Positions 18,825-28,065 of a stretch of 64,000 nt of DNA are shown in pieces (position 1 is the first letter of the stretch; each line of letters starts with the position of its first letter). The translations under genes and the position numbers were made by a program. Where the stretch lies: positions 35,109-99,108 of IMG/VR virus record IMGVR_UViG_3300029474_000225; one strand, written 5' to 3'. The stretch is from a virus. Lineage: Duplodnaviria; Heunggongvirae; Uroviricota; Caudoviricetes. The notes beneath the pieces are model-generated. The model had not been told where the DNA came from. It searched no databases and saw only the letters and a list, made by a program, of their open reading frames with translations.

Positions 18825-19160
18825 ATGAATTATACTTATTTTGGAAACAGAATTGAAAGAAGCCCATTAGGGAATATGGGGTTACAGTTATTAGAATCTC
18901 AAGAGAAATTAGTTTCTCAGGAATATGAAATTGAGAATCTTAGAATTAAAGCAGCCATGTATAAAGCATATTTCTTTCGTAATTTTTCATTAGCAGAAAA
19001 ATTACAAAAACAAAGTGAAGAAAACAGAGATGCACTTATTGGAGAGTTTGATGGTTTTTCATATGCAAGTTGGAGAGCAAACGCTGTATATAGAACGCTT
19101 GAAAATATGTGCGATGAAGGACTATTAACTGAAAGAGAATACAAAGAATGCAAAGTATGA
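18825..19160 (+). CDS. hypothetical protein
   Basis: SD AAGGAGTGGTGA upstream. Confidence 0.6.
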   Translation: MNYTYFGNRIERSPLGNMGLQLLESQEKLVSQEYEIENLRIKAAMYKAYFFRNFSLAEKLQKQSEENRDALIGEFDGFSYASWRANAVYRTLENMCDEGLLTEREYKECKV

Positions 19161-19194
19161 AACAAGAGTTTCCTTGGAAGAATGGAGTAATTAT

Positions 19195-19524
19195 ATGCGA
19201 CTAGAATATAACGAAAATCAGGAGAAAGAACTGCGAATAACAGAAATAGAAGCTATTCTTGAAAATGACTTGTATGAAAACGAAGTGGAAGAACATTGTT
19301 TAGAAATTGAGTTGCAATTTCTACAAGGCAATAAAAATTCATATGGTGAACCACATGCATTCGTTGAAACAGATAACGTGTCATTTGATGTCATTTACGA
19401 ATATGAAAATGATAGATATTCTGCGACATTATACGATAAGAATGGAAATCCACAGCTTCCATATCTGAATAGTGAAAACTTAGAAAAACTTATTGGACAG
19501 ATTTTGAAAATCAAAACACAATGA
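19195..19524 (+). CDS. hypothetical protein
   Basis: Internal ATG with SD GGAG upstream. Preceded by a GTTTCCTTGGAAG motif. Confidence 0.5.
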   Translation: MRLEYNENQEKELRITEIEAILENDLYENEVEEHCLEIELQFLQGNKNSYGEPHAFVETDNVSFDVIYEYENDRYSATLYDKNGNPQLPYLNSENLEKLIGQILKIKTQ

Positions 19525-19558
19525 AACGATGATTTACTGTGAAACGAGGTTGATAATT

Positions 19559-19888
19559 ATGGATAAAGGAAAGTTTTATATCAGGCTAGAAGATAGATTA
19601 GCGGAAGAAATTGGATATATAGATAAAGAAAATTCAATAGCATATTCTGATGATGACTCTTTAATTTGGCATAATGAAAAGTGGACAGCAACTGATATTG
19701 AAACTGGTTGTAAACTTACGACTGGACGTACTCTTGAAGAGTGTAAAAGCAATGTTATGCAAATTATGAATAAAATTATTGATAGAAGAAATTCTAATGC
19801 AGGACAGATGTATAGAGAACAGTTTAAACAAATTCTCAACGAAGAACTTGGAAATGGAGTTATAAAGTTAGAGAATGAATATATTTAA
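19559..19888 (+). CDS. hypothetical protein
   Basis: SD ACGAGGT upstream. Confidence 0.55.
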   Translation: MDKGKFYIRLEDRLAEEIGYIDKENSIAYSDDDSLIWHNEKWTATDIETGCKLTTGRTLEECKSNVMQIMNKIIDRRNSNAGQMYREQFKQILNEELGNGVIKLENEYI

Positions 19889-19976
19889 ACCCAATGAATC
19901 GGAAATTTACTTGGAGAATATATAAGAGGTTGGAATATCCAATCTCTTATTTTTATGGAAAGGAATGGTAATTACT

Positions 19977-20201
19977 ATGTTTAATTACAAAGATTTTAAG
20001 AAGGAAATGTCTAAAAGAGGACACGAAGTACATAAGAATGGAAAGTATCTTACAATTATTCCTAATAATAATTACGAGGGATACAGTAAAGGGTTTTTGT
20101 TTGCAACGGATATCATTAAAGGCTTTGAGGATGTATTAAAGTTACTAAATATGGATCATTTTAATACTTGGATATATAGTGCAAAATTTAAGATTGTATG
20201 A
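19977..20201 (+). CDS. hypothetical protein
   Basis: Internal ATG of track ORF 19965. Confidence 0.5.
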   Translation: MFNYKDFKKEMSKRGHEVHKNGKYLTIIPNNNYEGYSKGFLFATDIIKGFEDVLKLLNMDHFNTWIYSAKFKIV

Positions 20202-20256
20202 TAAAATTAAAATAACAGTAATAGGAACGTAAACAATTATAACGGAGGTAATTATT

Positions 20257-20409
20257 ATGGCACAGTTAATTGGATGTTTGATTGCAGGATACTTCTGTAT
20301 TTATCTTCCTTGGAAAGCGAATCAAAAGGAAGAATCTCGTAAGAGACAAGATATGTATAATAATCTCAACAAGAAGTCGGTAGATGAAATGGATAAATGG
20401 CGAAAATAA
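20257..20409 (+). CDS. small membrane protein (50 aa, one TM helix)
   Basis: Strong SD ACGGAGGT upstream. Hydrophobic N-terminus LIGCLIAGYFCIYLPW. Confidence 0.5.
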   Translation: MAQLIGCLIAGYFCIYLPWKANQKEESRKRQDMYNNLNKKSVDEMDKWRK

Positions 20410-20436
20410 TATAGAAGAGAAAAGAGGTTGATGAAT

Positions 20437-21060
20437 ATGTTCGGAGGACTATTAGCATTCTTAGGAATTTATGCAGGAAGTGCTGCAAAGGCATCTAAAG
20501 ATAATTATGATATGAAGAAAACTACTCGTAGAGTTGATGAAAATGGGAACGTGCATTATATGGACAGATTGTGCAATGATTACATCAATGGAGAGCGAGT
20601 AAAGAGGGTTGAAACTACTGATAGAAACGGAGTTAAATTGTATTCAACTGTTGGTGTAAACAGTAGTAAAGTGTATGACACTTCTTATGGGAGGGGTACA
20701 CAGCAGTTATTCGAAATGAGTGAACGTGAAAAGCAAGATGCAATTGAAAGAGGCAAATTAGCTTATATGCAGTACAATCCTTATTTTGGAAGATCGGTTA
20801 CAACGGAGATTGCTACTGGTAGAACAATTACTTGTCTTTTTGCATGGGAACATGGAGATAAACCAATTTATAAGAAATGGTACTTCAGACCTGAATGCCA
20901 GGATAAATTCGGCTATAGAGAAACTGTTAAAGGCGATTATGGAATCGACATTACAAAAGAAGAATACTACAAGTTACAGACTATTGGAATTAGTTATTCG
21001 AATCTACCAAGCGATCAGAAAGTATTAAACGACCTATGGGGAAGGAATTGCGTAAAATAA
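20437..21060 (+). CDS. hypothetical protein with N-terminal hydrophobic anchor
   Basis: SD AAGAGGTTGA upstream. Hydrophobic N-terminus MFGGLLAFLGIYAGSAA. Confidence 0.6.
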   Translation: MFGGLLAFLGIYAGSAAKASKDNYDMKKTTRRVDENGNVHYMDRLCNDYINGERVKRVETTDRNGVKLYSTVGVNSSKVYDTSYGRGTQQLFEMSEREKQDAIERGKLAYMQYNPYFGRSVTTEIATGRTITCLFAWEHGDKPIYKKWYFRPECQDKFGYRETVKGDYGIDITKEEYYKLQTIGISYSNLPSDQKVLNDLWGRNCVK

Positions 21061-21063
21061 AAA

Positions 21064-21090
21064 CAGAGAAGGGATTACCTTCTCTGTTTA
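21064..21090 (+). terminator. rho-independent terminator (CAGAGAAGG-N5-CCTTCTCTG + TTT)
   Basis: 9-bp stem immediately after the stop of the upstream gene. Confidence 0.65.
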
Positions 21091-21185
21091 ATTAGTCACG
21101 TAATTCGAAAAGGTACTAAACCTAATCTTCCAACACAAAAAATATAATAGCATTAAATATTAAATATGTCAATGAGGTGATTAAA

Positions 21186-21785
21186 ATGAAAAAAGACAAA
21201 TTAACAGCAGAATTTTTTGAAAATGCGATTTGCAAAAATAAAGACATAGAAACAAAAGAATATTGGAGTAATATTTTTAAGTCTAATTTGAAAACTTTTT
21301 TGGATGAAGTGGATGAGAATGACTTTAAGGAAATTAGAGATGATGTAAATTCAGATTATCTAATGGATTATAATACATATCAAAATCATTATAGTTTTAT
21401 TTGCGAAGTGATTGACATAGATATGGAAGATACATATGAGCCATATAAAAGGAAAATAGATAAAATTGAAAAATTGTCTGAAGGATATTCAAACATTATT
21501 AAGAATTTTCCAGATGATGTTGATTACGCTGTTGAGTTTTCCAGAAGTAGTTTGTCTGTATATCTGAATATTAATATTCCTGTTACAGAGGATAATATCG
21601 GTAAATTTCTTAATATCGGAGAAACAATTAGAGGGATTAATATTACAGAAACGTACTCTGAATATGAAGAAAATGATTACAAGAATAAAACAATTGTGAT
21701 TAGAATGTCAGATCACGATTTTGGTGGAAACAGAGACTACTCATATAGAATTCCTTGTATTAACATTGTTTTAGAGAATAAATAG
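21186..21785 (+). CDS. hypothetical protein
   Basis: SD TGAGGTGA upstream. Confidence 0.6.
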   Translation: MKKDKLTAEFFENAICKNKDIETKEYWSNIFKSNLKTFLDEVDENDFKEIRDDVNSDYLMDYNTYQNHYSFICEVIDIDMEDTYEPYKRKIDKIEKLSEGYSNIIKNFPDDVDYAVEFSRSSLSVYLNINIPVTEDNIGKFLNIGETIRGINITETYSEYEENDYKNKTIVIRMSDHDFGGNRDYSYRIPCINIVLENK

Positions 21786-21909
21786 ATTGGAGTGATAAGA
21801 ATGAAATCAAATTGATGAGATAGAAAGAGATGCATTGTTGAAGTATAATAAAGAATTTACTAAAAGATATTATTAATTAAAATAATGGATTTAAAACGGA
21901 GAAATAATA

Positions 21910-22449
21910 ATGCTATTATACAAAAACGTAGATATTTGTGATTTGAAGTCCATAATTGAGAATGGAATTCTGAGCATGGATGAGTGTGGAAATAATAATT
22001 GGGACGAAGGAAAACGAGCAGAAAATGATACATCGGTGGTATATTTATTTAGCCCGATTGGTAAACAGAACTCATTCCCTAATTATGGTGCAGCATTGTT
22101 GGAGATTCAATGTGAAGCAAAGGAAAATAAAATTGGTAAAACAGATACACATGTAGATGATTATATAGAATATATTACAAAAAGAGTTGAACCATCAGAA
22201 ATAAAAAGAGTTATTATTCCTAAAATTTTTAAAGAATACATTTCAGTTCCTCAAAATGTTGGAATTACATGGTGTGAATTGAAGGCAGAATGTTATGGTA
22301 ATAATGGATTAGAAGAATGTAGTAATAAAATTTTGGAACAGTTCGCAAAAACCGCTCCATTAATGAATTCTACGGAATTTAATTTCTTTAGAGGTACAAC
22401 TGAAAAACGCACGATGATTGATTTGTATAATATAGAATACATATTCTAA
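21910..22449 (+). CDS. hypothetical protein
   Basis: SD ACGGAGAA upstream. Confidence 0.6.
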   Translation: MLLYKNVDICDLKSIIENGILSMDECGNNNWDEGKRAENDTSVVYLFSPIGKQNSFPNYGAALLEIQCEAKENKIGKTDTHVDDYIEYITKRVEPSEIKRVIIPKIFKEYISVPQNVGITWCELKAECYGNNGLEECSNKILEQFAKTAPLMNSTEFNFFRGTTEKRTMIDLYNIEYIF

Positions 22450-22489
22450 GTAAATAATAGTTTCATTGGAAGAATGGAGGCGAAAATAT

Positions 22490-23023
22490 ATGAAATATGG
22501 AGACATTGTTGTATACAAAAATCAGATTGGAACAGTAGTAAAAAGTAAAAATGATTTTAAGTTTCCTTTGATGATTGGAGGTAGAAAAATGGAAAATAAA
22601 AATTTAGACAGTTATGGATATTTATTAAATTGCCCAGATGAAATGCTTGGCGATGTGAATAAAACGATGAACGATAAACGAGCCATCATAAATTGGAATA
22701 ATTTTAATGTAGGTGATGCTTTTTACACAGAAAATATTTACAGATGTGCAATGGTAGATCACGTAATGAAAAGAATTATGTTTGTAACTGAAGAGGAATA
22801 TAAAAATGAGTTTGAATTAAGATATAATAACAATAAACATAAAAAGCCAGATATGAGAGAAAAGATAAAAGAATATATCGGTGAGCTTGATACAGAAATT
22901 GACAGACTTGAGAATTTGTTAAAAAATACTGATAGTCCATATGATTTACAGATTAAAGGTAGATTGAATGCTATAATCGAAGTAAAGAATGATTTGCTTG
23001 GAAGATTGGAAGAGGTGATATAA
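22490..23023 (+). CDS. hypothetical protein
   Basis: SD ATGGAGGCG upstream. Preceded by a GTTTCATTGGAAG motif. Confidence 0.6.
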   Translation: MKYGDIVVYKNQIGTVVKSKNDFKFPLMIGGRKMENKNLDSYGYLLNCPDEMLGDVNKTMNDKRAIINWNNFNVGDAFYTENIYRCAMVDHVMKRIMFVTEEEYKNEFELRYNNNKHKKPDMREKIKEYIGELDTEIDRLENLLKNTDSPYDLQIKGRLNAIIEVKNDLLGRLEEVI

Positions 23024-23024
23024 A

Positions 23025-23261
23025 ATGACTAATGGTATTAAAGAGAAAGACATTCGTGATATGCAAAAATGCTTTGATAAAATTGAAACGATTCTAAAAA
23101 GGATTCAGGTATATAATCCTGAAGCACGAATTATTTGTATTGAAAGTGATACAATAGCTCTAGTTAATTTCAATGGTGAGTTTATTGATTCAGCTCCACA
23201 AATAAAAGATGAACATATTGTTGCAAGTCAAAACATACCAGCAATGGATAACTATTGTTAA
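23025..23261 (+). CDS. hypothetical protein
   Basis: SD GAAGAGGTGA upstream. Confidence 0.55.
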   Translation: MTNGIKEKDIRDMQKCFDKIETILKRIQVYNPEARIICIESDTIALVNFNGEFIDSAPQIKDEHIVASQNIPAMDNYC

Positions 23262-23304
23262 AAGAAATGACGATTTCTTGCGAACATTTGGAGGTAAATA
23301 GATA

Positions 23305-23556
23305 ATGAATAATACAGTTTATATGTTTGGGATTGCTCTTTTAGAGCATGATGGATATTGCGAGCCTATGGATGACAGTACACAGTATAAGGTTGTTGAA
23401 TGGAAACTTGCAGATATGAATAAATATGATGGAGAATATGCTGTTATAGGATTCGATGGTGCATTGAAAATATATGAAGCAGAAGGCAAAAAAATATTTG
23501 ATGGCTCATTACTTGATTCCATTGACTTTTGCAATAAACTAAGAGAAAAGATATAA
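23305..23556 (+). CDS. hypothetical protein
   Basis: SD TTGGAGGT upstream. Confidence 0.55.
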   Translation: MNNTVYMFGIALLEHDGYCEPMDDSTQYKVVEWKLADMNKYDGEYAVIGFDGALKIYEAEGKKIFDGSLLDSIDFCNKLREKI

Positions 23557-23641
23557 CCCAAAGAAAAATTGCTTTCTTATTTAAAGCAAATAAAATTAAA
23601 AACTGGCATTTATATCAAGTATTATAAAAAGAGGTCTTAAT

Positions 23642-24160
23642 ATGAAATGGAATGAAGTTCCGAAATTTACAGAATATGAATTAGTAAATCCAACATGTTT
23701 TGGTTTTATTTCTTATGTTGATTTTATTGAGAATGAAATAAAAGAATATAATCTAAATATGAACCCTGATTTTCAGAGAGGGCATGTTTGGACAGAGATT
23801 CAGCAAAGTAAATATGTTGAGTTTATTTTAAAAGGTGGAAAATCTGGAAGAGATTTTTATTTTAACTGGAATCCTGATACAAATGACTATGTTTGTGTCG
23901 ATGGGTTGCAAAGAACTATGGCTCTTCAAAATTTTGTACATAATAAGTTAAAAGCATTTGGACAATTTTTTGATGAGTTCAGTTTTACAAAATATATTGC
24001 TGCTTATAATCCATTACCGGAATATCGCATTAATGTATATCGAAATAATCTGAAGACTAAAAGAGAAATTCTTCAATGGTATGTTGATATGAATGCAGGT
24101 GGCACACCACATACAAATGAAGAGATTGAACGAATCAAGAAGATGATAGAAAATTTATAA
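23642..24160 (+). CDS. DUF262 (ParB-like nuclease superfamily, GmrSD N-terminal-type) domain protein, short stand-alone form
   Basis: Motifs PDFQRGHVW and VCVDGLQRTMAL (the DGQQR signature). SD AAGAGGT. Confidence 0.65.
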   Translation: MKWNEVPKFTEYELVNPTCFGFISYVDFIENEIKEYNLNMNPDFQRGHVWTEIQQSKYVEFILKGGKSGRDFYFNWNPDTNDYVCVDGLQRTMALQNFVHNKLKAFGQFFDEFSFTKYIAAYNPLPEYRINVYRNNLKTKREILQWYVDMNAGGTPHTNEEIERIKKMIENL

Positions 24161-24184
24161 AGCTAAATATAGAAATAAGCAATA

Positions 24185-24214
24185 GAAGCAGAAACCAACT
24201 GCTTCTTTTATTTT
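24185..24214 (+). terminator. rho-independent terminator (GAAGCAG-N7-CTGCTTC + TTTTATTTT)
   Basis: Hairpin followed by a T-run immediately after gene 23642-24160. Confidence 0.7.
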
Positions 24215-24305
24215 CCATAGAAATATGGTAAAATAAAAACAATTATAAACCATAACATGAGATGTGCTGTTTTACGGAAATAATTATAACAAGGGGGTTC
24301 AAAAT

Positions 24306-24692
24306 ATGAATTACAATGAAAAGAAAGATCTTCTTAAAAGAGTAAAAGAAGGCGCAGAAAAGAAAGAATTCTGTGTAAACAACATTGAAGAATGGGGATT
24401 CATTTGTGGCGCATGGGTGGAACATGTTTTAAAGAACAGTGAATTACCAGATAGAATCTACAAAGGTAGAGAAACATGGATGATGAAAGAGCTTAATGGT
24501 GATAATATAGAACCTTTTAAGAAAAAATTGATGGAAACTTTCACAAAACAGTACATGGAAAATGTAGGAGAAACTGAATTCTTGAATGGTGTTTATCTTG
24601 CAATTATCAGCTATGATATTGAAGATGGAGAAAAATGGTCAGATGCATCTGAGATGTTTTCTGCTGGATTGGTTTCGGAAGTAAATTGGTAA
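24306..24692 (+). CDS. hypothetical protein
   Basis: SD AAGGGGG upstream of the ATG at 24306. Confidence 0.55.
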   Translation: MNYNEKKDLLKRVKEGAEKKEFCVNNIEEWGFICGAWVEHVLKNSELPDRIYKGRETWMMKELNGDNIEPFKKKLMETFTKQYMENVGETEFLNGVYLAIISYDIEDGEKWSDASEMFSAGLVSEVNW

Positions 24693-24722
24693 TTGAAATA
24701 TAAATTTAATATTATAGTAAAC

Positions 24723-24757
24723 AAAGCAACTAGATTAAGGTCTGGTTGCTTTTTTAT
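24723..24757 (+). terminator. rho-independent terminator (AAAGCAAC-N14-GTTGCTTT + TTTTATT)
   Basis: Hairpin followed by a T-run. It lies inside the track's extended N-terminus of ORF 24693, which supports the later start at 24780. Confidence 0.55.
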
Positions 24758-24779
24758 TACAGAAAAAGAGGTGATAAAA

Positions 24780-25046
24780 ATGAATATGGGAAATCCAAAA
24801 AGAGCATCAAGATTCTTATGTCTTCATTGTATGAAAATCAACCAGTTAGGAAGTGGGATTCAAAGAAATGGAAATCAACGTAAGAAAAAACATATTAAAG
24901 ATCTAACATGTTTTAATGAAGGTTGCAACGGAGAAATTACAAAGAATGTAGAAATTCGCTGGTGTGACGATTATCTGGAAATGTTTGATTATGCTCAACG
25001 AATTAGATCACGTTATTATACGGATAAAGTAGAGAATAATATGTAG
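24780..25046 (+). CDS. Cys-rich zinc-finger-like protein (CLHC...C..GCNGE...WCDDY)
   Basis: SD AAGAGGTGA upstream of the ATG at 24780. Confidence 0.55.
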   Translation: MNMGNPKRASRFLCLHCMKINQLGSGIQRNGNQRKKKHIKDLTCFNEGCNGEITKNVEIRWCDDYLEMFDYAQRIRSRYYTDKVENNM

Positions 25047-25062
25047 AAAGGTGGAACATAAT

Positions 25063-25332
25063 ATGGAAAATTATAAAATCGGTTATAATGGTGATGCTTA
25101 TGTTGAAAATATTCACCATATGGGTGTTGAGTATAATGGAAATTATTATAGTGTGATTTTCGGAGAATATGTAAATGGAGGATTCTTTAGTATTCCAAAC
25201 TGGAATTGCGGTGGTGAGTTAGCTGATTTTAGTGATGTTTTTTGGAATACAGAATCTATTCAGAAATCATTGAAAAGTAAAAGAGCAGCTAAAGCTATTG
25301 CAAAAGTGATAGCGGATTACACAAGGGAGTGA
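25063..25332 (+). CDS. hypothetical protein
   Basis: SD AAAGGTGG upstream. Confidence 0.55.
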   Translation: MENYKIGYNGDAYVENIHHMGVEYNGNYYSVIFGEYVNGGFFSIPNWNCGGELADFSDVFWNTESIQKSLKSKRAAKAIAKVIADYTRE

Positions 25333-25337
25333 TAATT

Positions 25338-26318
25338 ATGTGTTATAAGATAGAAGTTCAAAATAAAAATGCTGAAAAGCTTAATAGGAAGTTGGATGAG
25401 TTAAATCTTCCTATATATATGAGAAAATATTTCACTGTTAAAATAGAGAGTAAGGCAGGTGCATTGAATTATCTTGGAGCTATTGTAGATTTGCTCAATT
25501 GGTTTATTAAAGAGAAACTTATTGATAAAACAAATATTTCAGATATTGAGCCATCGGATTTTACCGATATTATGGCAGAGGATATTACATTATATTTGAA
25601 AACTAAAGAACAGAATGGTATGTCACCAACTACATTGGAAACCAGAAAACATATGATAAGTAGCTTTTGGGATTATATGAGTAGAGTAAATGGAACTGAA
25701 ATTAAAGAGAAATTCTTCAAAGATGTAACATATAAAGGAATTCCATCTGGAAACAATTTAACTAAAAAACTTCCAACAGAAAAACAGCTTAATGATATGG
25801 AAGAAAAAATAATGTGGAAAAAGGATATTCCTGTAAGAAATAGAAATATTGCTATCTTTCGTGTATTAAGAGGAACTGGAATAAGAGAATCTGAACTTGC
25901 TGGCTTGGATTTATCTGATTTACATTTGGACGAAGAAATGCCATATATTACAATTCTTGGAAAAGGCGTGTACAGAGAAATGCAAAATAGAACGGTATAT
26001 CTTAGCGGATCTGCTTTAAAAGCATTAAGTGAATGGTTAGAATACAGAAGCACCTTAGATAATATTGTAGATACGGAAGCTGTATTTATCAATAAGAATG
26101 GCACACGCACAACAGAGAGAAATATCAAACAGATATTTGAAAATTATGGAAATGGTATTACTCCACATATGATGCGACATTATTATGCCAGTATAATGAA
26201 CAGTAATGGAAATCTTGCGTTCGTGCAGCAACAGTTGGGGCATAGTAGTGTAAATACAACGATTAATAATTATGCAAATGGATCAGTCGGAATGAAAAAA
26301 ATATTGGAGAATATGTAA
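25338..26318 (+). CDS. int: tyrosine-type site-specific recombinase / phage integrase
   Basis: C-terminal catalytic signature RGTGIRESELAGL...ILGKGVYREM...HMMRHYYAS...LGHSSVNTTINNYANG, giving the R...K...HxxR...Y residues. Confidence 0.8.
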   Translation: MCYKIEVQNKNAEKLNRKLDELNLPIYMRKYFTVKIESKAGALNYLGAIVDLLNWFIKEKLIDKTNISDIEPSDFTDIMAEDITLYLKTKEQNGMSPTTLETRKHMISSFWDYMSRVNGTEIKEKFFKDVTYKGIPSGNNLTKKLPTEKQLNDMEEKIMWKKDIPVRNRNIAIFRVLRGTGIRESELAGLDLSDLHLDEEMPYITILGKGVYREMQNRTVYLSGSALKALSEWLEYRSTLDNIVDTEAVFINKNGTRTTERNIKQIFENYGNGITPHMMRHYYASIMNSNGNLAFVQQQLGHSSVNTTINNYANGSVGMKKILENM

Positions 26319-26513
26319 ATGGTTAAATATATTGGAAAGAAGACTAGAAACGAAAAGAAAATAACAGTAAGAGGACTTGCAGAATTAGCAGTTGTTGCAC
26401 CAAGCACGATCAGCAAATGGGAAAACGGAAGTGCAGTTCCAGATCTGGCAGTATTAGAACTTGTAGCAAATGCGATGGAAGTTAAACCATTTGATCTTGT
26501 AGAGTTTGTGTAA
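26319..26513 (+). CDS. XRE-family HTH transcriptional regulator
   Basis: ITVRGLAELAVVAPSTISKWENGSAVPDLAVLELVANAM. The start abuts the integrase stop. Confidence 0.7.
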   Translation: MVKYIGKKTRNEKKITVRGLAELAVVAPSTISKWENGSAVPDLAVLELVANAMEVKPFDLVEFV

Positions 26514-26526
26514 TATGTAAACGACA

Positions 26527-26697
26527 CTAAGAAATAGTGTCGTCAAACTTATTAACTTCATTTGTTACGAGGTTACGAATCCAACCAGATAACGAGCGTC
26601 CATCCGCTGTTGCAATTCTGGCTGCCTTTTCTTTTATATCTTTAGAAAGAAGCACCATAACCCTTGTGTTTTCATCCTTGATTTTTCCTTGTGGCAT
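26527..26697 (-). CDS. ribbon-helix-helix (CopG/Arc/MetJ-like) DNA-binding protein, 56 aa
   Basis: Reverse-strand ORF absent from the track. The protein MPQGKIKDENTRVMVLLSKDIKEKAARIATADGRSLSGWIRNLVTNEVNKFDDTIS has an RHH signature. SD GGAGAT 7 nt upstream. Confidence 0.6.
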   Translation of the reverse strand: MPQGKIKDENTRVMVLLSKDIKEKAARIATADGRSLSGWIRNLVTNEVNKFDDTIS

Positions 26698-26727
26698 AGT
26701 AAATATCTCCTTTATTAATATAAGTTG

Positions 26728-26756
26728 ATTATAAGTTGTTGCAAACTATATGTCAA
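26728..26756 (-). promoter_or_regulatory. perfect-consensus sigma-A promoter (TTGACA-17-TATAAT) for RHH gene, overlapping two direct TATAAGTTG repeats
   Basis: Reverse complement reads TTGACATATAGTTTGCAACAACTTATAAT. Confidence 0.55.
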
Positions 26757-26783
26757 TTATTTTAAAAAACTGACATAAACCCA

Positions 26784-26812
26784 TTGACAAGTTGATGACA
26801 ACTTGCTATAAT
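26784..26812 (+). promoter_or_regulatory. perfect-consensus sigma-A promoter (TTGACA-17-TATAAT) with palindrome CAAGTTG-ATGA-CAACTTG (26788-26805) in spacer, driving toxin-like gene
   Basis: Hexamers and the palindrome were read directly. The AAGTTG half-site is shared with the RHH promoter region. Confidence 0.6.
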
Positions 26813-26869
26813 GCGAAGTATCAAAGGTAATCCACAAGTACATAAACACAAAAGAGAGGAGGAGTACAT

Positions 26870-27250
26870 ATGGATTTACAGAGATACGACATAATAAAGG
26901 CAAAAATTAATTATGAAGGAAATTCAGTACAAGCGAATGAAAGACCTTATGTAATAGTAAGTAATCCATTGGGTACGAAATATGCTCCGATTATAACAGT
27001 GATGCCTTTGACAAGTAAGATTAAAAAGACAAACATGCCTTGTCATGGATGTATTCAAGCAAACGAAAATAATGGATTAACATTATATTCTATGGCGTTA
27101 GGTGAGCAGATCACAACAATCTCAAAAGATGAAGTGATCTCAAAAATTGGAACTATTACTGATGATAAAAATAAAAGAATGGTAGATAAAGTATGCTTTA
27201 ATTCTTTATTTTTTGGAACAGACTACAAGCTTGAGGAGGTAATGGCATAA
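26870..27250 (+). CDS. MazF/PemK/Kid-family endoribonuclease toxin homolog
   Basis: RYDIIKAKI...ERPYVIVSN...IITVMPLTSKIKK...HGCIQANENNGLTLYSMALGEQITTISKDEV..KIGTIT matches the PemK fold consensus. SD GAGAGGAGGAG. Confidence 0.65.
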   Translation: MDLQRYDIIKAKINYEGNSVQANERPYVIVSNPLGTKYAPIITVMPLTSKIKKTNMPCHGCIQANENNGLTLYSMALGEQITTISKDEVISKIGTITDDKNKRMVDKVCFNSLFFGTDYKLEEVMA

Positions 27251-27501
27251 TGTATGTAGATAAAGAAATAGCAAAAAAAATGATTGATGAAACACCTGGT
27301 AAAATATGGGTTGATTCCTTCAACGGTATGACTTTTATCCATACAAGACCAAGACAGATAACTGTTGATGAAGGAAAGCGAATAATAAATAGGGCAAACA
27401 CAATTAATTATCAAGATAATGACTTTTTTGGGTTGCTTTCGCTGGATGGAGTGCAGGAATTTATTGTGCATAATATTAAGTTTCCCCAAATAGTGTCCTG
27501 A
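27250..27501 (+). CDS. hypothetical protein translationally coupled to toxin-like gene (candidate antitoxin in reversed order)
   Basis: Its ATG overlaps the upstream stop (TAATG). 83 aa, with no recognised fold. Confidence 0.5.
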   Translation: MYVDKEIAKKMIDETPGKIWVDSFNGMTFIHTRPRQITVDEGKRIINRANTINYQDNDFFGLLSLDGVQEFIVHNIKFPQIVS

Positions 27502-27829
27502 TTATAGGACTTGAAGTATTATATAATAAAAATATTAAACGAACAAATATCGAACGAATGTTCTGGAAATGCGTTGACAAGAACAAATGTTTGGAGTATT
27601 ATAATTTTCGTAAATAATAAAAAAGATAGAGTCAAGCGATTCAAACGCTGCGCCAACAGCTTTCTACTTGACTCTATCAAACCAAATACATACAACAGCA
27701 TTAAGCCATTGCAGAAGCGAAATATCGCTTGAATTTATTTTACATATATTTCGAAAGAAAGTCAAGCTTCAAGCGTTTTCTGCAATTAAAATTCCTAAGT
27801 TACACAATTAAATATGGAAATAATATTAT

Positions 27830-27901
27830 AGGGCATTCGCCAAGCGGTAAGGCATCGCACTTTGACTGCGAAATTTGTCAGTTCGAATCTGATATGCCCT
27901 G
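27830..27901 (+). tRNA. tRNA-Gln (anticodon TTG), no encoded CCA
   Basis: Manual cloverleaf: acceptor AGGGCAT/ATGCCCT, D-arm GCC..GGC, anticodon stem TCGCA/TGCGA with loop CTTTGAC, T-arm GTCAG-TTCGAAT-CTGAT. Confidence 0.7.
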
Positions 27902-28065
27902 CTATGCGATACTTCCAGACCGGGTTCTATCGCAGAACGCAAGAATTAATCATTGTAAGAGCAAAATGTGTAGTTGCTATAGTTCTACCATAGCCTGATC
28001 CACTAACGGATTACAAGCTGATACTATAGAACTTCCTGATAAACTTGCGATAGTGTCAGCGACTT

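Noticed and set aside
26537-26728. Track ORF 26537-26728 (+)
   Set aside because: It is the antisense frame of the RHH gene 26527-26697. The minus strand has an SD and an RHH signature, while the + frame has neither.
27800-27829. TTACAC-18-TATTAT promoter immediately upstream of tRNA-Gln
   Set aside because: The -10 element would abut the first tRNA nucleotide, placing the transcription start inside the tRNA.
27902-28065. Possible third tRNA between the two annotated tRNAs
   Set aside because: The region has inverted repeats (TGCGATA...TATCGCA and CTATAGTTC/CTATAGAAC), but I could not build a 7-bp acceptor stem with D, anticodon and T arms. It needs a tRNA scanner.
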